Position numbers and translations under genes: made by a program. A DNA stretch of 64,000 bases from Antedon mediterranea (lineage: Eukaryota > Animalia > Echinodermata), in assembly GCF_964355755.1 (NCBI RefSeq), contig NC_092670.1, positions 24,352,795 through 24,416,794 on the forward strand. Reading direction: 5' to 3'. Under the pieces are notes generated by a model, which was not told the origin of the DNA, made no database searches, and saw only the letters and a list, made by a program, of their open reading frames with translations. Positions 1-11,590 of the stretch are shown in pieces (position 1 is the stretch's first letter; every line of letters starts with the position of its first letter).

Positions 1-3000
1 ATATATGTTTATACATACATTATAAATGAAATATATTAACTACTATTTTAGTAATGCATACACAAGTACAGAATATCAGAAATCAATGAATCATGTGTCT
101 AAATGTGGCATTATTAGGCTAATTTGCTTTGAGAAAAACATTGATGCCATTGGCCTATACAAAAAATCAAGGCAATTAGACAAAATATTTACATAAACAA
201 TTAATACTAATATTGGTAGGCATAAAATAATAGTGTATATAAACTTTCCTTAAATAGTAACAGTATAGGGCCTTACCAATTTACTTAATACATAATATAT
301 GAACTATATTACACAAAAGAAATATAAATGAATTTATAAGGACATGATGATTATCAAAAATAGTCAATATAATTAAATTTTAAACTCATTACCGGCATTA
401 TAAATAATAATTTAAAAAGATGAGAATGCAAGTAAATATCAGATTCATAGTCCTCATTATACACAATGATTTTCTACTATCACATATTAAAATATAAAAC
501 AATCATGTAGCCTTTAATGAGTTTACATGGAGGTCTATTCAAATAAATTTAAATAAAAGGGTTCGTGGAAATTGAAGTTAGGATTCCATCATTTCAACAA
601 CAAAAAATATTCAAAATATCCTGCCAGTCTGCGTTCAAAAACCTGCTTAGTTTTTAATACGAGTACTGCTTTCTATACACATAAATTTGATTTCTGCAAA
701 AAAAAAAAAAACTCTGTAATAATGTACTTTAATTACTGTAATAATCTAGGTATAGATTATGTTGACCGGGCCAGTGAGAGGGCGATCGACTGTACTACCA
801 TAAGTCCTCTAGTGTATACAACTTATTTCTTGTCTACAAAGTGTATAGTAGTATGCAAATAGTACTATTATTAGATTAGGTAGTTGGGAGTACTTTGGAG
901 AGATACATTTATTTATAAAAGAGTACTGTATATATGGAACTATCTGTGTTAGCCGCCTTTGTATTTTTAGATATAATACCAATAGGTACTATGTATTGGG
1001 AAACAATTCAACAGTTATGAATAAAAAAAGTCCTATTTACTCTGTATGTTGGAGGAAATAAGCATAAGAGCAAAGAAAGCCTTGACCACATGGTGTAAGT
1101 CACTATTTTGAATCAGTAGTATGACTTCTTAAGAAGTAATTTAAAAATTATCATTGTATGATCAAAAAGAAATATTATAATATCTAACTTTCTCCATTAT
1201 ATAAATATATTATTTTATCCAAGGGGTTGCAAACACAACTGTTCACATGTCTTGTTAAGTATTGCACCTTTGTCCTGTCTTTATGTTGTCTGTAATGTCA
1301 CTGCACTAACGGGTGACTGGTAAACGAGCTTCGCTCTTACGGTTATCCATCCATATAAGTTGTTCATCTCTTATGTTCAGAAATTGAAATGGTAAATAAA
1401 CTGAAACTGAAACTGTGCTAATGTGGTACAGGTTGACGAGCCAGGAATGATGGTAGTGCCAGTATACCGTGTAATTTAGCCTCAAGGCAATACCATGTAG
1501 CTGGAGTAGCTTGGACAAATACAGTAGAGATTTATGAGACTTGGTGTGTGATGATTCAGTATGATAAATTTGTGCTGTGAAAGACAAAATTGTAGAATTA
1601 GGAAGAAAATATTGTAAAATATAACAAGGAAATTATACTATAGTATAATTAAGGGGTAACCGTATAATACATAATTAATAGTAATAAAGGCAATGGCAAT
1701 TACTTATATTATGTATACATTACAATATTACAAATAAATTCATATATTATTTTATTATAAGGAAATCTGTTTTAGAATGAGAAAAAGCCGTCCCAACCCA
1801 GATTTGAACCCAGCTATCAATAAAGCTATAAAACAAAATAGACCATATTGTAGCCGGACTGGGTAGCGTAGACTTACTTGAGGCCTAGGCATAGTACGAT
1901 TAGCTAGAAGGATACAGGTTAACCCGTACCCATGCATGCCATGCCAACACGCTCGTACCCAAATTTTGGTTTACATATATCCAAAATTTTGGCTTACTTG
2001 TACCCATCATGGGCTGCCTAGTAGTAGTAGTAGTAGTAGCCTAGCCTAAGGCAGCAGGCCCGGCCCTAGCCTACTACAACTTAAGTCTAGGCCTAGCCTA
2101 GTACTAGTAGGCCTCTAGTTAGGCCTAGCCCTAGGCCCTACCTAGTAGTTAAAGATGTATTGTCCCCCTGAACAAAATTTTTTTTTTTTTTAAAGGCCAT
2201 TTTAATGATACATAAAAGTTATTCACTTTGAAAAAAAATTGGATCCAAAAAAAAATTATTTACCTTAGAAAATCGTAATTTAAAGTAAAAAATAGTCAAC
2301 CGGAAGTCGGTTGGCTGGCAGCCAGCTGGCTTCCGGTTTAATTTAACCCTTGACCTGAATTAGCTTATGAATTATGCATATTGTATGATTCTTGTGCGTG
2401 TATGTGACCTCTAGGTCATCAGAAAAAAAATACGACGTGATATGGCGAGACGACGATGTGGGAAAGTTCTGTAGTTTAACAACAACAAAAACAACTCCTA
2501 CTTGAAGAAAAGACTATGGCTAGGCCCTAGCAGATTGGTAAGTAAGAACTGTAGTTTCTATGGTGCAGCTTTGTTAGTTAGTATAGGAAGCCTAGCTAGC
2601 CCATTACAGCTGTACTGGCTATCTAGTGTACTATCCCCTATCTATTGGCTAGGCCTAGAGTAGTAGCTAGTCTAGTAGTAGTAGTAGTACTAGGCCTAGT
2701 TGTAGGCCTGAGTGAGGGTTCACCCTGAGTGAGTAGCAGGCCTAGCTAATACTAATAGATACAACTTGTAAGCCTTATTAATAGTTATTGCCAACCTAGC
2801 TTTAAATAGGATTAGGCCTATAACATTCATCTGTGAGCATGGAGTAAGGAATAAGGTTTTAGCATGGAGGTATAAAAATAAAATATTTTATACCTCCATG
2901 GTTTTATTGTGACTTGTGTGAATTTCGACACCACCAACTCGTCTTATTTTTAGTATAATACTATAATATTAATAATAGTAATTAATAGTCTTTAATTTAT

Positions 3001-3194
3001 CATTATTCATATCACTTTTCATTCATTTTAAAACATTTAATTTTCTTTTCTATGTAGAGTTTGTGATTAAAAAAAATTATACATAAGAGCAGCGAAACTA
3101 AAAAAGCGAAAACTTGTGAATGGCTGCCAAAAATAGAAAATAAGGTCACCACCAGGGCCAGGAGAGATTATGGTGCTTGGTTTTTCCTTCATGA

Positions 3195-4304
3195 TTAATT
3201 AGATTTTAATGCTAATATAAATTTGTGAAAATTGTAACTAGGCCTATACTGTACATCCAATAATGTAATGTTAGGAGTGTAGGTTGGTTTAGGCGGAGTA
3301 GAAGTAGTATCACTTTGAGAACTAGCATTAGGCTGGACTTTGTTTCCAGAAGACATGACTGACTGTGACTGGGGCTTTTGAATGAATGCTTGTTTATGCG
3401 TTAAGGCATAGTCATCAGCCAGTCGAGCAGCTTGACTTAAGGTCTCAGCTTTTTGCTCATCTAGATAAGTCCTCACATCAGGAGTAATACATGATTTAAA
3501 CTCTTCTATCAAAATTAGTTGTCTAAGCCTATCATAATCTTTATTTGTTTGCTTAGATGCACACCAACGATCAAATAACCGTTCTTTGGTTTGTGCTAAT
3601 TCAAGGTGTGTTTGGTTAGTTTGCCGTTGTTTATTTCGGAATTGTTGCCTATAGGCCTCTGGGACTAATTCATACCCCTTTAAGATGAGTTCTTTAACTA
3701 CATCATATGATGAACTTTGCTCAATTGATAAATCAGTATAAATTTCTCTAGCTTTACCAGTTAGTACACTTTGTAAAAGCAAGGTCCAGTGTTCTTTAGG
3801 CCATTTAAGATTTTCGGCAATTTTCTCGAAATGTAAAAAGAATTTATCTACTTCCTTCTCCTGAAAAGGTGGCACTAGTCTAATATGTTTAGTTACATCA
3901 AATTTTGGATTGGAAATAGGTTGACTAATCCCACTAGCTAGCTCTAATTCGCGTAATTTTAATTTAAAATCTCTTTCCTCTCTTTCGAATTCCAATTCCA
4001 TTCTTCGAATTTCAATTTCTTTCATATTTTGTAATTCAATTTCTCTTAATTTAGCATCAATGCTTGAATCAACTTGGGAAGACATAACACTACTATCAAA
4101 AATGTCTTCCTCAACCAAATAAGTTAATAAACGACTCTTAATATCATTCTTTCGCATAGAGGATTCAACGTCCTTTAGACCTAGATGCGTAGCTAGTTTA
4201 AGCAAATCATCTTTTTTCAAACTATTAAATACCTCTTGGGTAGGGTCGGCAAAAAATGTTTCTGGTTCAAAGACCATTGTAACAGTTACTAATTTCACAA
4301 ACAA
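3195..4304 (-). CDS. gag: Gag (capsid/SCAN-like) of the truncated element; lacks the zinc knuckle and reads through into flanking DNA
   Basis: 369-aa ORF almost identical to 15095-16285 up to ...PTYTPN, then an unrelated tail (ITLLDVQ...KSN) encoded by host flank. Confidence 0.88.
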   Translation of the reverse strand: MFVKLVTVTMVFEPETFFADPTQEVFNSLKKDDLLKLATHLGLKDVESSMRKNDIKSRLLTYLVEEDIFDSSVMSSQVDSSIDAKLREIELQNMKEIEIRRMELEFEREERDFKLKLRELELASGISQPISNPKFDVTKHIRLVPPFQEKEVDKFFLHFEKIAENLKWPKEHWTLLLQSVLTGKAREIYTDLSIEQSSSYDVVKELILKGYELVPEAYRQQFRNKQRQTNQTHLELAQTKERLFDRWCASKQTNKDYDRLRQLILIEEFKSCITPDVRTYLDEQKAETLSQAARLADDYALTHKQAFIQKPQSQSVMSSGNKVQPNASSQSDTTSTPPKPTYTPNITLLDVQYRPSYNFHKFILALKSN

Positions 4305-5086
4305 ATGTTTGAAAATAAAACAAATTTAACTAGGTATAAAACTATAAACCTATCGATTTAAGTTAAAGTTAAATTTAAAGTTCTTCCCGGATGACCCCCC
4401 ACTTTCTGTTACATGCAAGGCACAAACAGAAGATAGGCAATACAATGGATAAGTTTTATACTCTAATCTACGTTTTATTCTTCAAACAGAAAAGCAAAAG
4501 ATAACAAAATCAATTAAAATGATTATAAAGATAAAGATTAATTAATAATATAAAATAATTATCAAAGTATAAGATGGTGGTAACACACAATCAAAATACA
4601 TAAAGAAATTCAAGACTTACAAATATAGCTGAGCCCAAGGCTAATATAAAGCTTTACTTCAGTTGTTCAAAACAGTCAAACAGACTTCTAGATACTTCAA
4701 TAGACTTTAACAGCATTTAGTTTAGCTATGTCAGTATTCGTATTAGGACTGATTAAATATGGTTAATGTACCACTATTTATATTCTTATGCAGGATATGT
4801 GGGGTGATCATTATGATCTCATCAAATAACTTAAAGATGATGAAATTGGTTTTAAGATGAAATTCAAATGACATCATCATCTTAGTATGAAGTTGTTGTA
4901 ACAATTTCCTTATATGGAATATCAAGCAAGTGTCTCTGACAACTTGAGTTATGAGCAGTCTCATAGGTACAATTACTAACAACCTGGTTACTGAACTTTG
5001 GTCTAGTCTACAACCAATATAATATATACAGTACAATACTATGGTAAAGTGATAATAATATAATAGTATAAATGTATCTCCTAACA
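3269..5086 (-). mobile_element. One-LTR + gag derivative of the Gmr1-like retrotransposon, with 9-bp terminal inverted repeats and a 4-bp TSD
   Basis: Near-identical reverse complement of 14311-16130. Begins TGTTAGGAG (3269) and ends CTCCTAACA (5086). GTAA flanks both sides (3265-3268, 5087-5090). Confidence 0.92.
4407..5086 (-). repeat. LTR (680 bp) of the truncated element
   Basis: Reverse complement of 14311-14990 with about 6 substitutions seen by eye. PBS at 4385-4401. Confidence 0.93.
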
Positions 5087-7514
5087 GTAATTATTTTAGA
5101 GAAAATGACCAAATAATCTAAGTTAAATATTTTTTGGAATGTGTACTTTACAGTACTTAGTACCGTTATGTTGAAAATTCTTCCAAAGCAATAACGTTCA
5201 AACCAACATTCACACAATTAAACTTTTTATGTACATATTTTAATAAATAATGTCTTTCTTTTAATAGGTATTAACACACTTGAATGAACAATATGAGCAA
5301 GTAGTGGAAAATGGTGAAGAAATCAACACAAAATGTGGTAGCAACATTCACAATATTTATTTGAACGTTTCTTACTATGACACTTTAAAATGGATGAACA
5401 ATCACAGAAGACAAGCTATTGCTGTAATGCCACAATCAACACATCAATTAATAGTTGAAAATAAATTGTCAACAATAATGCAGAAATTCAATGAAATATA
5501 CCAGTAATTAACTCATTTTTTACTGTACTGTACTGTAAATCTTCACACATTAAAATTATGGTGATTTTATCTCATGTACTGTAGTAGTATTTTTTATTTA
5601 TTTAATGCTGTATACAAATGTTATTGCTCGAATTATGAAAACTATACAACATTTTAAAAGCTGGAAAACAACCAACACATTTGCCTAATGCTTTATGATA
5701 GTCATCCAATATTTATCTTGTGTTCCACTACCAAGTCTACTGCCAGTTGCCTTTAAAATGCTGTATGGGTGTAACTTCTGTTCCAGTCTTCATTAGCTTA
5801 AGTCTATAAATTGAAAAACAATGATGTATAAATACAAAAGTCAAATAGAAAAGTTAAATATTTCACAATTTATTGCATACATATAATTATTATTTCTGTA
5901 CATGAATCTGAAGTTTTCAATTTGGGGTACTAATGTACAGTAAGGAATCCCTGAAAAGTGCATCTCCTCCTTAAAAAAGGCCTAGTCTAATTACTAGTGT
6001 TTTCGTTTTGGTTGCTATCAACAACAACAATCTATTCTACCGTCAACTTCTTTGGTACTGTATGCTGATCATTTTCCAAATGTTCGTTTTTTGTCATCAG
6101 TTCGGTGAGTACGATATATAGGACCTAGCTAGGCCTCAAAGTGGGTTCCCGTCTACTTTTCTGACCCGATTATCTGCCTGCCTACAGCTGCTGCTACACT
6201 ACACTACACAGTAGTAAACTACAGTACTAACTAGGCCTAGGCCCTACTAGATAGATTAGTAGAAGTAGGCTTATATTATAGCCCTAGCCTAGATAGCTAA
6301 GCCTATAACTATACGCCAAAAACTATTATAGGAGGATGTGTCATTCATCTAAAATAGAATTCTACTTACCAGCAAATTAACGGCAGAGCTTTTTACATCA
6401 TACGATCAGGGAAACCCCAGCACTTTCTTCTGTTCTTCGCACATGTTTGTTTACGTGGTGAACAGATCGGATCTCCCCTGTTTGGATACTCATTAACATA
6501 TCATGCATATTTATGAGCTGTTAGCTAACCATCGTTATTTTGGAATTTCTGAACTTATGAGTTCGAAAAAATGGTAAACTTATTTTGATTTTTTATAAGC
6601 GAAATCAATATTTTTTCCGGATTTTTTTTCAGCGAAAGTGAATAACTTTATTATAACTACAAAATGGTCTATTCAAAATTTGATTTTTTTCATCTTTATT
6701 TTTCATGTTTTGGGGGACAATACAACTTTAACATCATACATACGCCCTAGAGCCTAGTAGTAGCTACCTACTACTCACTAGCTAGGCCTAGGTAGTAGCA
6801 GTAGTAGTTATTGTAGTAGTATTATTGTATTGTAGTATTAGTTGTAGCTGTCCAGTGATCCTTGGTCACTTGTCTAGATCCCCTAGTAGGCCTAGGCTAG
6901 GCCTAGGCCTAGTACGTAGTTATTCTTCAACAGTCACACAATTCAGATTCTGCCGGCCGCTGATTGCTAGTGAACAGGGGGAGGGAGAGAAAGAGTTAGA
7001 AGAACTGAAATAAGCCGTGACGTATAATAAACATCATACAACATAATAATATAACTAACGAATCCGTATAATATAATAATGTTGTATGTTATAAAGTAAA
7101 GTAAATGCGTTTAATATAATACAATTATATTATAATATAATGTATTTTATTAATAATATAATATTAAATGTTCATAATATAATGCTAAAACCAAATAATA
7201 TAATACAAAAAGTCAATAATTTGTTACATTTTTCACATAATATATTAGAAATAGATATAATATAATGCTAAAACCAAGTAATATAATGCAAAACGTATAA
7301 TTCATTACAATACAATATATAATACAATAAAAAAATGATATAATAATATAATATTTTGAATACTTCAGACAGCTGAGGCTTGCCATAATCTTACTTTAAG
7401 TCTGATTATATTAATCTTCATTTTCCATGTTTTAGGGCACATCTTTAAATTATTTTTAAAACAGCATTATGTTATACAGAATGAATGAATAAATGTTCAT
7501 AACGGTTGATATGT

Positions 7515-8150
7515 AAGAAAGTTCTTGGCATACCTTATAAATCTAATAACGACAGATCACAAGGGCTGAACTTGGGCGTTTTCCATTAGGGATTGATGTA
7601 TACAAGAAATTGTTAGCTTTTTTGCTAAAGGTAATCGGAATGGCTCCAAATCGACTTCCTTATAAATGTTATGCGCTTTTGAAGCGATTTCAGGAAAACG
7701 AAGGTAAACCAAATTGGGTATCAAATATCAAATCAATCCTCAAGCGATACCGGTATGGCTTCGGCTATGCATGGCTTAACCAGGGTGTTGGAAATAAACG
7801 TTTATTTCTTATGTAATTTAAAAAAACGATGTATTCACAGGAGTGGCGGTCACAATCTGACTCACGCAGCAGACTTTTTTATCTCAATATTAAACAGTCA
7901 ATTAAGTTAGAAAAAAACATACAAAAAGTAAAAGTATTTAGGCATAGAAGATTCATTTTGTTGATAAGGACCTCATCACACAACTTAAATGTAAATATTA
8001 GAGTAAATGATAATTTCTTAAATCTATGTCAGATTTAAATGCTTATGTTAATCTGTAAAAGTATTTATTTGTATCGTTAAAAAGGAGAGAGTCAACCTTA
8101 CAGTAATATATTGTGAATCTATGAGCCCGTGGCCTAAAGATAAAATAAAG
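7515..8150 (+). mobile_element. Degenerate 3' fragment of a non-LTR retrotransposon ORF2 (RTEX-like); second copy at about 54978-55620
   Basis: Fragments ELGRFPLGIDVYKKLLAFLLKV...NWVSNIKSILKRY..GFGYAWLNQGV are typical of post-RT LINE C-termini; stops and frameshifts present. Confidence 0.6.
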
Positions 8151-8449
8151 GCAGGCACCATTGCCTGGAATTTAAAAAAAAACCTAGGCCTAACATCTCA
8201 ATAAATGATATAGAATTTATCTTTGTTCTAAATTTACGAAACAATCCATTTTATTAATAAATTCCACTTTGTTCTTTTGCCCATTTATTACAAAATCCTG
8301 CTACATAGTACAGATCTGAAACGTGAAATATATTCGTCTATTTCTTTTTCAGGCTTGGGGAAACCGCAATGGTATCGTTATTGGAATAAATAAAGGAACT
8401 CATAGGTAATAGTATACCTAAAATTAGCTAACAAAGACGAGGATTAGGC

Positions 8450-11059
8450 ACAGAAAACTACAAATACATAAATCATAACATACATTTATTCATCTCATAA
8501 ACAAACAAACCAAGCAAAGAATAAAAAATATTTTTAATGATGAAAGGAACCTCCAACAAGAAACCTCAGCCAGAACAACACAGAAAGAAGCAGAAAGGTT
8601 AAATGAACCCATTATAGGCCAACATACTGTACATTACATTATACATAATCATGGCATAATTATTACATTAGCTTAGTAAAAATTATTATAAATCAATAAA
8701 AGAAAGTTTATATTTCATCTTAAAAATAGCCAACGATGAAGCTGTCAATGCTGTTCCATATTTCAAGAGCAACACAGCATTAAGACTAGTACATTTAAAT
8801 TTTCTTTTCCTTGACTTAAGTCTAGTTTTACCTCTAGTGTTATAATTGTGCTTGTTCGATTCTTTTCCAAAGATAGACACCAACCTAGTAGTTAGATCAT
8901 GAGTGACAGAGTACATTACAGTACCAATTTGATAAGAAATAAAGTCTTGCATTTTAATAAGTCCATGTCTACGGAAGACGGACGATACACTGTCTCTGAA
9001 CTTTGTGAAGGTGATAACACGTTGGAGACGCTTGATTTCATACAAATACGATTCGTACGTGCAACCCCATACAACAATGCCATTCTTGAATATTGGTTCT
9101 ATAAGGGATTTATATATCGAAAGTAAGGCTTTAAGTGGTAGAAAGTGTTTTACTCTATAGTATGCCAATATACTTAGATACTTTTTTTGATACGACGTCA
9201 ATGTGTTCTTTGAAATTAACATGATCGTCTAAATAAACCCCACGAAATTTAGTTTTATTTGCTCTTTTGTAATTCTGTAAATAAAACTTTAACTTGATCT
9301 ATGTCAACTTTTCTTTTTATACTTCAAAATATCATAAAATTGGTTTTATTTACATTTAATGACAGTTTGCTACATTAAAACCATTCATTAATTTTATCAA
9401 TTTCGGTAGCGACCAGAGTATTTAAGTTTTTGTGAGATAAGAAAATATTAGTATCATCAACAAATAAAATAAGGGATAACAGTTTAGAGCAACTAAAGAT
9501 ATCATTGATGTAAAGTATGAATATGAGGGGTCCAAGTATAGACCCTTGGGGCACACCATATTCAATATTAGGAATTGTAGATTTAACATTTAATTATCAA
9601 AGACTGTATATTGGCGTCTTCGGGAGACATAGCTCTTAAACCAATTTAAAGCTGTACCCCTGATACGGTACTAATCAAGTTTCTTTTTGTAAAATGATGT
9701 GATCAATCGTATCGAATGCTTTGCTAATTTCCACAAATATACCGATACCATACTCTCCCTTATCAATGGCATCGAATACCTTATCGATACGTTTGAGAAT
9801 AGCCATGTGAAGCTTTGTTTTTGAAGACCGAATTGAGAAAGGCGAATAATTTTAGTTTTCTGTACATAGTTATATAGCCTATTGTATACAATACGCTCTA
9901 GAATTTTAGATAGCGTGGGAAGCACGGATTTAGGTCTGTAGTTTGAAAATAAATTTTCTCTCTTAATCACCGGCTTTATTTATTGGAACAACCCTCTGGC
10001 TATCTTTGTCATATCAGGTACAATACCCTTTTCTAGCGAAATGTTAAACATGTAACATAACGGAATTGAAAGAGGGTAAATAATATGCTTAATGATCCTG
10101 CTATTTATACCATCCACATCTGCATGCCTCTAACAATTAGGATAATAAAAAGATAGTTTATGTTGCTATTCTGGATATTATTAGCCAGGTTTGCCCCAAT
10201 ATTTGTAAAATAATCAATGAAACCATTAGCAGTGGATTTAGCGTCATCGGTGTCAGCTTTCTTCCTTTTCCCCTGTTAAGAACCTCACCAAGAATATTCC
10301 AAGTCTGCTTAACGTTATTTTTAGCCGCAACGAGAGCACGGGAGTAATATTGGCGTTTACTAATTCTAATTAAATGAGTGAGTTTGTTTTTGTATTTAGT
10401 ATATTTGTGTCTATTGTTATCACATTTTGATAAATTTTGTATATAGACAATTATTAATTATTAATGGACTTATGATCCCATTAGTAATCCAAGGTTTCCG
10501 ATTAACTTGTCGTTTTGAAATAAATTTTGTAGGAATATTATCATCAATAAGTGAAATAAGTTTGGTAATAAGCAAGCTGTAGCCTTCATTGGGATCATTT
10601 TAAGTAAATATATCATTACAACTCTCTAAATTTACCTAGGAAAGAAGATTATTAAGTGTTGTGTCGTTTAAAACTTTTGTCGTTTGTTGAACATTATGTT
10701 TGGTTCGTCTATTTTAATAATGTGTAAAATTGAAAATAGGAAAATGATCAGTGATGTCCGAAATGATTATTCCACTTTTAATAGAATTTGAAGTATCATT
10801 TGTAATAATGTTGTCAAATATGGGTTCTATCTTCGGGCACATAGTTATTACTCGACTTTTTCCCCTTCAGTTTCCGCTTAGCCCTGTAGACTTCGTTGCG
10901 CTTTTTGTAACTACAGAAGTTGACGATGATTCCCCTGGGTTTACTATAGCCAAGCCTCTTTGGTGGACCGAGCCTATGGCTCCGGTCGATATCCTTGGAG
11001 TCTATCTGTACATTTAGGTCAGTGGTGAATATTTTTCTTACCAGTGTGTCCGTGGTTTC
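8450..11059 (-). mobile_element. Decayed CR1-group (Crack/Daphne-like) LINE: RT and part of ORF1; second copy at about 55900-58536
   Basis: NYRP.SVLPTLSKILERIVYNRL, SQFG, GVPQGSILGP (9530-9560) and LFVDDTN motifs. ORF1-like DIDRSHRLG...KPRGIIVNF at about 10860-11050. Multiple frameshifts. Confidence 0.82.
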
Positions 11060-11517
11060 CAGAGGCGGATTTAGGGTGGGGGGCCCTTTTTGTAATATAT
11101 ATATACATATATATTATGTACCCATTTACATACGATTTTATCAAGGATTTTACAGGAAAAGGGGGTACAAATCTACATTAGAAATCGTTAAAATCTTTTT
11201 TTTTTTTAAAGTTGAACAGAGTTCAACTTCAACGTTACGATCGGTAAAACTGACTGACCAATCAAATAGTTCATAAATTACGTCATCATTGTTTGTGACA
11301 ATTCTTATTTTTTACAACGCGACGATGTTTTTTGTGCTCTTTTAAAGTCTGACATACAAAATAACAAGTGTAAGTAAAACTAAATTTTAATATAAAAACA
11401 ATTTAATTTAATGTTGTCTTTATAGTGTAAAGACTAGATTAAGATATCAGCGAAAACTTGTCCTAGGCCGGCTGGGTTGAAGCATCAGAACCCATAACTT
11501 TTTCAATTTTCACACGG
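11060..11517. mobile_element. Left part of a CAGGGGCGGAT-terminated DNA element (hAT-like MITE) inserted in LINE ORF1
   Basis: Left end CAGAGGCGGATTTAGG (11060) and CAGGGGCGGATTTAGGA (58537). Matching right end TCCTAGATCCGCCCCTG ends at 32540. Body shared with 31229-32205 and 59185-59517. Confidence 0.65.
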
Positions 11518-11519
11518 TA

Positions 11520-11590
11520 TAAAAGCATACCAGAAACATTGCAGCAGATAACAAGCGGTACAGTCAAGATTATGCCGATTGTGATTTTGA
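11520..11590 (-). pseudogene. Orphan remnant of the receptor signal-peptide exon (third, deleted paralog)
   Basis: Matches 53128-53195 and 29856-29918 (IILTVPLVICCNVS plus GT donor). ATG lost by a deletion that joins it to sequence matching 54460 onward. Confidence 0.75.

Larger units (their letters stand above)
2153..6727. mobile_element. Kolobok-like non-autonomous DNA transposon (TTAA TSD) hosting the nested LTR-gag insertion
   Basis: TTAA(2149-2152)|AGATGTATTGTCCCCC ... GGGGGACAATACAACT|TTAA(6728-6731). Imperfect inverted similarity extends about 100 bp inward (AAAGTTATTCACTTT / AAAGTGAATAACTTT). TTAA TSD with AG..CT termini fits Kolobok. No transposase ORF seen. Confidence 0.7.
7400..11457. 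repeat. Segmental duplication, copy of about 54870-59517 (upstream region of the receptor gene)
   Basis: Colinear near-identity, e.g. ORFs 7610-7816 = 55059-55265 and 9671-9970 ~ 57123-57428. The second copy has an extra Penelope insert at about 58590-59184. Confidence 0.9.

Noticed and set aside
1306-1587. 93-aa minus-strand ORF preceded by a plausible acceptor (TCTTTCACAG)
   Set aside because: No recognisable domain or partner exon; cannot be supported from sequence alone.
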